A stretch of 64,000 nt of DNA, from assembly GCA_046290465.1 (NCBI GenBank), contig JBKAGP010000001.1, forward strand, positions 3,552,001 through 3,616,000. Direction: 5' to 3'. The notes under the pieces were generated by a model. It was not told the origin of the DNA. It searched no databases and saw only the letters and a program-made list of their open reading frames with translations. The position numbers and the translations under genes were made by a program. The stretch comes from Planctomycetota bacterium (lineage in GTDB: Bacteria > Planctomycetota > UBA1135 > UBA2386). Of this stretch, positions 39,541-51,344 are shown one piece after another (the first letter of the stretch is position 1; every line of letters starts with the position of its first letter).

Positions 39541-41970
39541 ATGCGCACCGACCCCCTGCAATCGGACGCCGTGGAGCTGCTCCGCCAATCGCTGGAACAT
39601 ACCTCGCCTCCAGCCCTGGTCGTCGACAGCTCTACCTGCACCATCGTCATCGCCAACGCCCTCGCCCGCGACGCCGGCTTCACCGCCGGCGACGACGCCG
39701 AGACCGGCCTGCTCGACCGGCTGACGCCGCCCGAGGCCGAACGAGAACCGCTCGCCAGCGCCCTGCGCAACCGGAAGGCGACCGTGGCTCGCTGGACCGG
39801 GCCGCACGGTCCGCTGACGCTGCGCCTGCAGCCGCTCGACACCGGCAACGACCCGCCCCTGGTGCAAGCGACCTGGTCGCTGCAGCCCGACACGCGCGGG
39901 GTCCCCGCCGACGCGTTCGTGCAGGCACAGCGCGAACTGCACGACTGGCTGGCGCGCACGCCGGTGACGCGCAGCAACCTCGACGGCGTCATCCGCGACC
40001 TGTGCGAACGGATCTGCGAGCTCTACGACCTCGAGCGTGCCGCGGTGTGGCTGTTCACCGACGACCAGCAGGAGCTGCGTTGCCGCGACCTGTTCCTCCG
40101 CTCGAAGCGCGAGCACCAGTGCTCTCAGCACCTGCACGCCAGCGAGTGCAGCGCCGAGTTCGAGACGCTGCGCCGTTCGCTCTACGTCGACGTGCACGAT
40201 GTCGCGACCGACCCCCGCGCCGCTGGCTACCGCGACAGCTACCTCGGGCCGAACGGCATCACGTCGATGCTGGACGCGGTGATCCGCTTCGGCGGTCGCT
40301 GCTACGGCACCCTGTGCCTCGAGCACGTCGGCAAGCAGCACGTCTGGCAGCAGCACGAGATCGACTTCGCCTGCAAGATCGCGAGCTACCTCGCAACGGC
40401 CCTCGAGTCGCTGGCGCGCTCCGAGGCCGAGGCGAAGGTGCGCGAACGCGAGCAGTTCCTGCGCACGCTGATCGACGGCAGCCCGGTCGGCATCCAGGTG
40501 TTCGCACCGGACGGCACGTCGCGACGGATGAACACCGCGATGCAGCGCATCATCGGGCTGCCGTCGACGACTTACGACATCGGCAGCTACAACCTGCTCA
40601 ACGACCCGCAGGCGCAGAGCAGCGGCCTCGACGTGGTGTTCCGCCAGGCGCTCGCCGGACGCCCCAGCCAGATCGCGCGGCACGAAGTGCACCTCGGCGC
40701 CGACGGCTTCGAAGGCGGCGAACGTCGCCAGGATCCGTTCTGGCTCGAGTCGGTGTTCTTCCCGGTGCTCGACCAGGCCGACGAGGTCGAGGCGGTGGTC
40801 GTGTTCGCGTGGGAGGTGACCGACCGGGTCGACGCCGAACGCAAGCAGCAACAGCTACAGGAACAGCTGCGCCAGTCGCAGAAGCTCGAGGCCGTCGGCA
40901 AGCTCGCCGGCGGCGTCGCGCACGACTTCAACAACATCCTGACCGCGGTGCGCGGCTTCACCGACGTACTCGACATGGAGCTCGAACGTGGCGACGGCCG
41001 CCGCGAACTGGTCGAACAGATCCGCAAGGGGGCCGACCGCGGCGCCGCGCTGACGCAGCAACTGCTCGCGTTCGGCCAGCGGCAGATGACCCGCCTGGAG
41101 ACGATCGACGCCGGCAACGCCATCGTCGAGATGATGCCGATGTTGCGCCGCCTGCTGGAGGCCAACATCCACGTCGACGTGCTCGCATCGGCGTCCGCGA
41201 CGATCCACGCCGACCGCCACCAGCTGCAGCAGGTCCTGCTCAACCTGTTCGTCAACGCGCGCGACGCGATGGTCGACGGCGGCACCATCGAGGTCCGCAT
41301 CGGCCGCGTCGACGACGCCGACGGTGACGCCGGTGGCCAGATGAAGCTGACCGTGCGCGACGACGGCGAAGGCATGGACGAGGCGACGCTGCGCCAGGTG
41401 TTCGAGCCGTTCTTCACCACCAAGCCGGACGGCGTCGGCACCGGCCTCGGACTGTCGACCGTCTACGGCATCGTGCACGAGGCGGGCGGCACCATCACCG
41501 CGCACAGCGAACCGGGCGAGGGCACGTCCATCGAGATCCTGTGGCCGCTCGCGACCGAGACGGCGAGCCCGCAAACGCCGCACGCCACCCAACTGCACGC
41601 GCAGAACGGCGAGCGGGTGCTGGTCGTCGAGGACGACGACGCCAACCGCCAGCTCGCGACCCGCGTGCTGACGCGCTACGGCTACGACGTGTTGTCGGCG
41701 CCGGACGGGGAGACCGCGCTCGAACTCGTGACGAGCGAGGATCGCATCGACGTGATGCTGACCGACGTCGTCATGCCGGGCATCGGCGGGCGCCTGCTCG
41801 CGCAGGAGGCAGCCGCCGTTCGCCCGGACCTACGCATCGTCTTCACAAGTGGTTACACGAGCGACGACGTGCTCCGGCACGGCGTGCGCGAGCACCTGGT
41901 CGCCTTCTTGCCGAAGCCCTACTCGGCCCGACAACTCGCCGCGATCGTCGCCGAATCGCTACAACGGTGA
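39541..41970 (+). CDS. Hybrid sensor histidine kinase (GAF-PAS-HisKA-HATPase-REC)
   Basis: AGGVAHDFNNIL, NLFVNARDAM, DDGEGM, FEPFFTTK, GTGLGL, REC LTDVVMP..KP. Confidence 0.93.
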   Translation: MRTDPLQSDAVELLRQSLEHTSPPALVVDSSTCTIVIANALARDAGFTAGDDAETGLLDRLTPPEAEREPLASALRNRKATVARWTGPHGPLTLRLQPLDTGNDPPLVQATWSLQPDTRGVPADAFVQAQRELHDWLARTPVTRSNLDGVIRDLCERICELYDLERAAVWLFTDDQQELRCRDLFLRSKREHQCSQHLHASECSAEFETLRRSLYVDVHDVATDPRAAGYRDSYLGPNGITSMLDAVIRFGGRCYGTLCLEHVGKQHVWQQHEIDFACKIASYLATALESLARSEAEAKVREREQFLRTLIDGSPVGIQVFAPDGTSRRMNTAMQRIIGLPSTTYDIGSYNLLNDPQAQSSGLDVVFRQALAGRPSQIARHEVHLGADGFEGGERRQDPFWLESVFFPVLDQADEVEAVVVFAWEVTDRVDAERKQQQLQEQLRQSQKLEAVGKLAGGVAHDFNNILTAVRGFTDVLDMELERGDGRRELVEQIRKGADRGAALTQQLLAFGQRQMTRLETIDAGNAIVEMMPMLRRLLEANIHVDVLASASATIHADRHQLQQVLLNLFVNARDAMVDGGTIEVRIGRVDDADGDAGGQMKLTVRDDGEGMDEATLRQVFEPFFTTKPDGVGTGLGLSTVYGIVHEAGGTITAHSEPGEGTSIEILWPLATETASPQTPHATQLHAQNGERVLVVEDDDANRQLATRVLTRYGYDVLSAPDGETALELVTSEDRIDVMLTDVVMPGIGGRLLAQEAAAVRPDLRIVFTSGYTSDDVLRHGVREHLVAFLPKPYSARQLAAIVAESLQR

Positions 41971-41974
41971 TCAC

Positions 41975-44518
41975 GTGCAAACGTCCGGCAAACGAGGGTC
42001 ACGGCTGCCGCGCCTGCGCGCCGCCTGCGTCGCGGCCCTGCTGATCGCGGCTGCGCCGCTGACGGCGCAGCAGCTGGTGCGCGACGCCGAGGCCGCGCGG
42101 GAAGCCGCGCTCCCCGGCAGCAGCGAACGCCTGCAGGCATCCCTGCACGAGGTGACGACGCTGCTGCGGTTCGACCTCCGCCTGGCGCTGCAGCGCGCGG
42201 CCGAGTGCATCCGGCTCGCCGAGCAGCGCGGCGATCACGCCGCGCTCGCGGTCGCCCACTCGCTACGCGCGCGCGCAGCCGTGCAGACGCTCGGGCCCCA
42301 GGCGGCCCGCGATGCGCTCGCGACCGCGCGCGACGCGCTGCGAGCCGACGCGCCGGCCGCCGCGCGGGCGCAGGTGCACCTGGCGGCGGCGATCGTGCAC
42401 TTCGCGCTCGACGAACCCCCGGAGTGTGTCGCGGAGCTGCGACGCGCGTTCGACCTCGCCGACGAGTCCGGCGACGGCGAGGCGCGCATCCGCGCGCACA
42501 TGCTCGCGCTCACGGTGATCGGCGACCCCGAGGAGGCCGTCGAGGAGACCCGCAAGCTGCACGAACTCGCGCTGGGCGAGGGGCATGCCGGACTGATCTT
42601 CAGCACCAGCCTGTTCCAGACGATGGCGGCCGAGCAGACCGGCGGCCTGACCGACGCCGACGAAAAGTACGCCAGGCTGCTCGACGAGGCGACCCGGCTC
42701 GGCGACCGCGCGACCGAGGCGTTCCTCGCGCTGCGCCGTGCGATCCACCACGCGCCGTCGGACGGCGAACTCGCGATGCAGCTGGTCGACCGCGCGATCG
42801 CGGCCGGCGAAGCGCTCGGCGACCGCGAACAGGCGGCCGTGTCGCACGAGTTCCACGCCCGCATGCTGATGTCCATCGATCGCGCCGACGAGTCGCGCGC
42901 CGCGATCGGCAAGGCCCTCGAGCTGCTCGACGGCTCTGGCATGTTGTTGCGGCAGCAGAGCGCGCTGACGACGGCGGCCTACCTGGCATCGCTGCGAGGA
43001 GACGGCGACGAAGCGCGCCGCCACGGCGATCAGGTGGCCGAGCTCGACGCGGAGATCCGCAAGCGCTCGACGTCCGAGCAGCGCGCGCGGATGTGGCAGG
43101 AGATGGGCAAGCTCGAGACCGACCTGCGCAAGGAGCTCGAGCTGCATCGCCAGAGCGCGGCCGAATACGAGGCGAAGTTCGACCGCGCGATGATCATCGG
43201 CAGCGTCGCGCTGCTCGCCGTGCTCGGCATCGCCGGCGCGCTGCTGTGGCGCAACCAGCGGCGCCTGCGCCGCACCAACGCCGAACTGCAGCAGGCGATG
43301 GCGGCATCCCAGGAGCTGCAACAAGAGCGCGAGGCGCTGGCCAACAACCTGCAGCAGATCGAACGGCTGGAGAGCATCGGCCTGCTCGCCGGCGGCTTCG
43401 CGCACGACTTCAACAACATCCTGGTCGCCGTGCGCGGCAACTCGCAGCTGCTGCTCGGCGACGAGACCGGCGCCGAACGCCGCCAGATGCTCGAGGAGAT
43501 CCTGCAGGCGAGCGACCGCGCCGCCGGGCTGTGCAAGGACATCCTCAGCTACGCCCACGCGACCCCGACGCCGAAGCAGCCCACCGATCTGCGCGAGGTG
43601 CTGCGCGGGATCGTTCCGCTGGCGAAGGCCGGCTTCGGCTCGGGCATCGAGGTCACGCTGGACCTCGGCGAGGCGTCGCAGTTCTCATGCGTCGACCGCG
43701 TGCAGATCGAGCAGGTGCTGCTCAACGTGCTCGTCAACGCCGGCGATGCGGTCGGCGATCGCGGCCACATCCACGTGTCGATCGACCGCCAGCGACTGGA
43801 CGGACGACCGCCCACCGGACACTGGTTCGGCGAGTTCACCGGCGAGCCGCGCGACTGCGTCGCCGTCGCCGTGCTCGACAACGGCCAGGGCATGGACGCC
43901 GAGACCATCCGCCGCATCTTCGACCCGTTCTTCTCGACCCGCTTCGCCGGACGGGGCCTCGGCCTCGCCGCGGCGTTCGGCATCCTGCGCCGCCACGACG
44001 GCATCGTCGAGGTGCAGAGCGAGGTCGGTCGCGGCACGCAGTTCACGATCTACTTGCCGGCGCACGACCAGCAGACGGCCGATGCAGCCGCCGAGCCAGC
44101 GCCGGACGCCGTGCTGCAGCCGCAGCCGCCGCGCCGACAGCCGGACACGCAGAGCCAGGAGACGATCCTGGTCGTCGACGACGAACGTGACGTGTGCACG
44201 ATCGCGACCCGCCTGTTCGAGGGCCAGGGCCACGCGGTGTTGTCGGCGCACGGCGGCCTCGAGGCGCTGGAGCTGGTCGAGTGCTACAACGACCGGATCT
44301 CGCTGGCGCTGCTCGACGTGACGATGCCCGACATGGACGGCCAGACGCTGGCCCGGCACCTGCGCAGCAAGCTGCCCGGCCTGCCGATCGTGCTGATGAC
44401 CGGCCACGCCGAGTCGGCGGTTCGCGGCGACGACCTCGACGTGCCGCTGGTGCTCAAGCCGTTCGACCTGACGCGGCTGACCGCAGTCGTCCGGGACGAA
44501 CTGGCGACACGCGCGTAG
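41975..44518 (+). CDS. Hybrid histidine kinase with signal peptide, helical-repeat sensor and TM helix
   Basis: Signal ...AAAPLTA|Q; Ala-rich helical repeats; TM; AHDFNN, DNGQGM, FDPFFST, GRGLGL, LDVTMP. Start approximate. Confidence 0.9.
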   Translation: MQTSGKRGSRLPRLRAACVAALLIAAAPLTAQQLVRDAEAAREAALPGSSERLQASLHEVTTLLRFDLRLALQRAAECIRLAEQRGDHAALAVAHSLRARAAVQTLGPQAARDALATARDALRADAPAAARAQVHLAAAIVHFALDEPPECVAELRRAFDLADESGDGEARIRAHMLALTVIGDPEEAVEETRKLHELALGEGHAGLIFSTSLFQTMAAEQTGGLTDADEKYARLLDEATRLGDRATEAFLALRRAIHHAPSDGELAMQLVDRAIAAGEALGDREQAAVSHEFHARMLMSIDRADESRAAIGKALELLDGSGMLLRQQSALTTAAYLASLRGDGDEARRHGDQVAELDAEIRKRSTSEQRARMWQEMGKLETDLRKELELHRQSAAEYEAKFDRAMIIGSVALLAVLGIAGALLWRNQRRLRRTNAELQQAMAASQELQQEREALANNLQQIERLESIGLLAGGFAHDFNNILVAVRGNSQLLLGDETGAERRQMLEEILQASDRAAGLCKDILSYAHATPTPKQPTDLREVLRGIVPLAKAGFGSGIEVTLDLGEASQFSCVDRVQIEQVLLNVLVNAGDAVGDRGHIHVSIDRQRLDGRPPTGHWFGEFTGEPRDCVAVAVLDNGQGMDAETIRRIFDPFFSTRFAGRGLGLAAAFGILRRHDGIVEVQSEVGRGTQFTIYLPAHDQQTADAAAEPAPDAVLQPQPPRRQPDTQSQETILVVDDERDVCTIATRLFEGQGHAVLSAHGGLEALELVECYNDRISLALLDVTMPDMDGQTLARHLRSKLPGLPIVLMTGHAESAVRGDDLDVPLVLKPFDLTRLTAVVRDELATRA

Positions 44519-44567
44519 CGAACTCGCGCAAGCGGCCGGATCGGTCGGCACGTATGGTGCCCGACCC

Positions 44568-47500
44568 ATGGCTGCACGCTGCGTTCCGTCGCCTTCCGTC
44601 GCCCGCGCCCGGGCGCTCGCACTCACGATCCTCCCTGCGCTGGCGACCGCCTCGCTCGCGACGCCGGCGCGGACCCAGGAGCCGACCCCCGCGATCGACA
44701 TGTCGCTGCTTGGCGACATCGAGGCCCGCGCGATCGGCCCGGCCGTCGTCGGTGGCCGCATCGGCGCCGTCGCCGGCGTGCCGGGCGACCCGACGATCGT
44801 CTGGGCCGGAGCATCGGCGGGCGGCGTCTGGAAGTCGACCGACGGCGGCGTGACGTTCGAACCGGTCTTCGACGACCAGGACGTCGCGTCGATCGGCGCG
44901 ATCGCGGTGCACCCGACGGCGACCGACATCGTCTGGGTCGGCTCGGGTGAGGGCAATCCGCGCAACTCGGCCAGCGTCGGCCGCGGCATCTACCGCACCA
45001 CCGACGGCGGCCGCTCGTGGACCAAGCTCGGCCTCGACAAGACCGAACGCATCCACCGCATCGTGCTGCATCCCGACGACGCCGACGTTGCCTGGGTGTC
45101 GGCGTTCGGCACCAGCTGGGGCGAGAACGAGCAGCGCGGCGTCTTCAAGACGACCGACGGCGGCGCGACCTGGACCAAGGTGCTCTACGTCGACGAACGC
45201 ACCGGCTGCAGCGACCTGATCCTCGATCCGCGCAACCCGGACAAGCTGTTCGCCAGCATGTGGCAGCACCGGCGCTGGCCGTGGGCGTTCGAGAGCGGCG
45301 GCCCGGGCTCGGGGCTGTATCGCACGCTGGACGGCGGCGAGACGTGGACGCGGCTCGGCAGCGACGACGGCCTGCCCAAGGGCGAACTCGGCCGCATCGG
45401 GCTGGCGATCGCAGCGAGCGATCCGGACGTCGTCTACGCACTGACCGAGGCCAAGAAGAGCGTGCTGCTGCGCAGCGACGACGGCGGCTTCCGCTTCCGC
45501 ACGGTCAACGGCAGCGACGGCATCGCGCCGCGGCCGTTCTACTTCTGCGACATCCGCGTCGACCCGCGCGACCCCAACCGGGTCTACAACATGCACACGG
45601 TCATCGACGTGTCGACGGACGGCGGCCGCAGCTTCGAGACGCTGGTCGGCTGGAACGCCGCGCACCCCGACCACCACTCGATGTGGATCGACCCGCGGGA
45701 TCCCCAGCGCATCCTGATCGGCAACGACGGCGGCGTCTACACCAGTCGCGATCGCGGCGCGCACTGGCGATTCTGCGCCAACCTGCCGCTGGCGCAGTTC
45801 TACCACGTCGCGGTCGACGACGACGTGCCCTACCACGTCTACGGCGGCCTGCAGGACAACGGCAGTTGGCGCGGCCCGGCCAACGTCTGGGAGAACGGCG
45901 GCATCCGCAACCTGCACTGGCAGGAGGTCTGCTTCGGCGACGGCTTCGCGACCATCCCCGACCCGAGCGACAGCCGCCAGGGTTACGCGATGAGCCAGGG
46001 CGGCTCACTGGTGCGGTGGGATCTGCGCGACGGTTCGCGCAAGTCGATCCGGCCGCCGGCGCCCGAGGACGTCGAGCTGCGCTGGCACTGGAACGCGGCG
46101 ATCGCGCTCAATCCGTTCGCCGACGGCACCGTCTACTACGGCAGCCAGTTCGTGCACAAGAGCACCGATCGCGGCGACGGCTGGCAGGTGATCTCGCCGG
46201 ACTTGACCACCGACAATCCGGAGTGGCAGAAGCAGGAGGAGAGCGGCGGGCTCACCATCGACGTCACCGCCGCCGAGAACCACTGCACGATCCTGACGAT
46301 CGCGCCGAGCGCCGTGCAGCAGGGCGTGATCTGGGCCGGCACCGACGACGGCCGCGTGCACGTGACGCGCGACGGCGGCGAGAGCTGGACCAGCGTCGAG
46401 GCCAACGTGCCCGGCCGCCCGCGCAACACCTGGTGCCCGCACATCGAGGCCAGCAAGTTCGACGCGGCGACGGCGTTCGCGGTGTTCGACGGCCACCGCA
46501 ACAGCGACTGGACCAGCTACGTCTACGTCACGCGCGACTTCGGTGCGACGTGGGTGTCGATCGCGACCGAGGCGATCGACGGCTACTGCCACGTCATCGA
46601 ACAGGATCCGGTGCAGAAGGACCTGCTGTGGGTCGGCACCGAGTTCGGGCTGTTCGTCACGTTCGACGGGGGCAAGCAGTGGCACGCCTGGCGACACGGC
46701 GTGCCGACCTGCGCGGCGCGTGCGATCACGACGCAGGAACGCGACGGGGATCTGGTGGTGGCGACGCACGGCCGTTCGATCTTCGTGATCGACGACCTCG
46801 CGGCGCTGCGCGCGATGTCGCCCGAGCTGCTGCAGAAGAAGCTGCACGTGTTCGCGCCGCGCACGGCGATCATGCACGGCGTCTCGCAGACGCCGAGCAC
46901 GCGCTTTCCCGGTCAGGGCGAGTTCCGCGGCGAGACCGCGCGCCGCGGCCTGCTGCTGCAGTTCGTCGCCAACGCGCCCGAGCTGAAGCACCCCGACCCG
47001 AAGGTCGAGAAGACCCGTGAGAAACCGAAGGCATCGAAGCCGGGTGGCAGTGACGAGGGCGACGCGAGCGAGGTCGACGACGACGCCCCCAAGGACAAGG
47101 TGACGATCGAGGTCCGCGACGCCGCGGGCGCGCTGGTGCGCACGTTCCGCGCGGATGCCCACCTCGGCCTCAACCGCGTCTACTGGCGGTTCGAGCGCGA
47201 CGGCGTGCAGGGCCCCAGCCGCAACGTCACCAAGCCGCCGAAGCTGCCGCGCGCCGGCCGCCCGGTGCTGCCCGGCAACTACCGCATCACCGTTCGCTTC
47301 CAGGGGACCGAGCAGGTCGTCGAGGCCGTGGTGCAGCCGGACCCGCGGGTCGAGATCGCGATGGACGATCGCCGCGCCAAGGACGCCCTGCGCGCCGAGC
47401 GCGAACAGCTGATGTCGCGCCTGCACGTCGCCAGCCAGCGCATCGCGCCGATCGGCAAGCAGGTCGACGTCGTGCGCCAACGCCTGGCGCTGGAGGACGA

Positions 47501-47834
47501 GCCCGAAGAGGGGGACGATCCACTGCAGCCGCTGCGCGACGCGCTCGCGGCGGTCGAGAAGGCCCACCAGGACGCGCTCGACCGCGTGTGGGGCAAGGAG
47601 AAGAAGGTGCAGGGCATCAGCCGCGGCAACGACGGCCTGCTGAGCGAGGCCCAACGCCACATGCGGATCTCGTCGACCGACGACGCGCCGAACAAGACCG
47701 AGCGCGACGGCATGGTGCGCGCGACGCGCGTCGTCGCCGAGATCGAGGCCGTGATCGCGACGTTCGTCGAGCAGGACCTGCCGACGTTCCGCAAGGCCGT
47801 CGCCGACAGTGGCATCGGGCTGCTGCCGAAGTAG
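44568..47834 (+). CDS. Secreted BNR/Asp-box (VPS10/sortilin-like) beta-propeller protein
   Basis: IGPAVVGGRI; repeated (S/T)xDGGxxW Asp-boxes; HPDHH; GGLQDNG. Confidence 0.88.
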   Translation: MAARCVPSPSVARARALALTILPALATASLATPARTQEPTPAIDMSLLGDIEARAIGPAVVGGRIGAVAGVPGDPTIVWAGASAGGVWKSTDGGVTFEPVFDDQDVASIGAIAVHPTATDIVWVGSGEGNPRNSASVGRGIYRTTDGGRSWTKLGLDKTERIHRIVLHPDDADVAWVSAFGTSWGENEQRGVFKTTDGGATWTKVLYVDERTGCSDLILDPRNPDKLFASMWQHRRWPWAFESGGPGSGLYRTLDGGETWTRLGSDDGLPKGELGRIGLAIAASDPDVVYALTEAKKSVLLRSDDGGFRFRTVNGSDGIAPRPFYFCDIRVDPRDPNRVYNMHTVIDVSTDGGRSFETLVGWNAAHPDHHSMWIDPRDPQRILIGNDGGVYTSRDRGAHWRFCANLPLAQFYHVAVDDDVPYHVYGGLQDNGSWRGPANVWENGGIRNLHWQEVCFGDGFATIPDPSDSRQGYAMSQGGSLVRWDLRDGSRKSIRPPAPEDVELRWHWNAAIALNPFADGTVYYGSQFVHKSTDRGDGWQVISPDLTTDNPEWQKQEESGGLTIDVTAAENHCTILTIAPSAVQQGVIWAGTDDGRVHVTRDGGESWTSVEANVPGRPRNTWCPHIEASKFDAATAFAVFDGHRNSDWTSYVYVTRDFGATWVSIATEAIDGYCHVIEQDPVQKDLLWVGTEFGLFVTFDGGKQWHAWRHGVPTCAARAITTQERDGDLVVATHGRSIFVIDDLAALRAMSPELLQKKLHVFAPRTAIMHGVSQTPSTRFPGQGEFRGETARRGLLLQFVANAPELKHPDPKVEKTREKPKASKPGGSDEGDASEVDDDAPKDKVTIEVRDAAGALVRTFRADAHLGLNRVYWRFERDGVQGPSRNVTKPPKLPRAGRPVLPGNYRITVRFQGTEQVVEAVVQPDPRVEIAMDDRRAKDALRAEREQLMSRLHVASQRIAPIGKQVDVVRQRLALEDEPEEGDDPLQPLRDALAAVEKAHQDALDRVWGKEKKVQGISRGNDGLLSEAQRHMRISSTDDAPNKTERDGMVRATRVVAEIEAVIATFVEQDLPTFRKAVADSGIGLLPK

Positions 47835-47910
47835 CCGGACGTTCGCGCGGTTCGTCGCCGGCGTTCGGGCGGCGAAAGTTGGAGGATGAACCGCGTACCG
47901 TACGGCAACT
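47835..47910. repeat. Degenerate intergenic palindrome (REP-like), copy B
   Basis: 47872-47910 is a 37/39 reverse-complement match to 28998-29036; CGCGGTTCGTC pairs with GATGAACCGCG. Confidence 0.75.
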
Positions 47911-48513
47911 TCAGCGGGTGGATTCTTCTTGGCGGAGTTTGCCCAGGCGGAGGGCGAGGCGGGAGAGGCCGCGGTGGACGAGGTTGCGGACGGCGGGCAC
48001 GCTGCGATCCATGCGCTCGGAGATCTCCTCGTATTCGAGGCCGCACAGGCGGCGCATGCTGATCGCGTCCTGGTAGTCGGGCGAGAGTTCGCCGAACGCG
48101 CGCTCGATGCGCTCGATCTCCTCGGCGCTCTGCACCTCGCCGCTCGGCGACAGCAGTTCTCCGATCAGGGAGTGCTCACCCGAACGGGCATCGATCGCCT
48201 TCTCGCGATCGGGCGTGCGCTTGTCGGCATCGACGTAGCGCGCCTTGTCGACCAGCTTGCGCTGCGCCTTGACGTAGAGCCAGTGACGGAACGCGGCCTC
48301 GCCGCGCCACTCGAACCCGCTCAGGTCCCCGAGCGCCTCGCGACAGACCGACTGCACCAGGTCGTCGGGCGTCTCCTTCGAGCGGAGCTTGGCGCCCATG
48401 CGCAACTGCAGCCACGAACGCAACCCGGGGAGGTGGCGGACGAGGAGAACTTCGACCGCCTCGCGGTTTTGCGCCTTTGCACGTGTGACGAGTGGCAGGC
48501 TCGATTCGCTCAT
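47911..48513 (-). CDS. ECF sigma factor, kinase-associated planctomycete type
   Basis: LRSKETPDDLVQ, FRHWL, LEYEEISERMDRSVPAVRNLVHRG; divergent from two Ser/Thr kinases. Confidence 0.88.
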   Translation of the reverse strand: MSESSLPLVTRAKAQNREAVEVLLVRHLPGLRSWLQLRMGAKLRSKETPDDLVQSVCREALGDLSGFEWRGEAAFRHWLYVKAQRKLVDKARYVDADKRTPDREKAIDARSGEHSLIGELLSPSGEVQSAEEIERIERAFGELSPDYQDAISMRRLCGLEYEEISERMDRSVPAVRNLVHRGLSRLALRLGKLRQEESTR

Positions 48514-48589
48514 ACCGTTGCGGAAGTCTACCCTGAGCTTCCCACCCTCGTCCCATTGCTCCCCGCGCGGCGATTCGCCCGCCCGCAAT

Positions 48590-51337
<2,748 letters not shown>

Positions 51338-51344
51338 CGAACGG

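Noticed and set aside
39541..44518. Tandem hybrid kinases as a novel system
   Set aside because: Ordinary architectures; the only link to the SET-NRPS cluster is adjacency.
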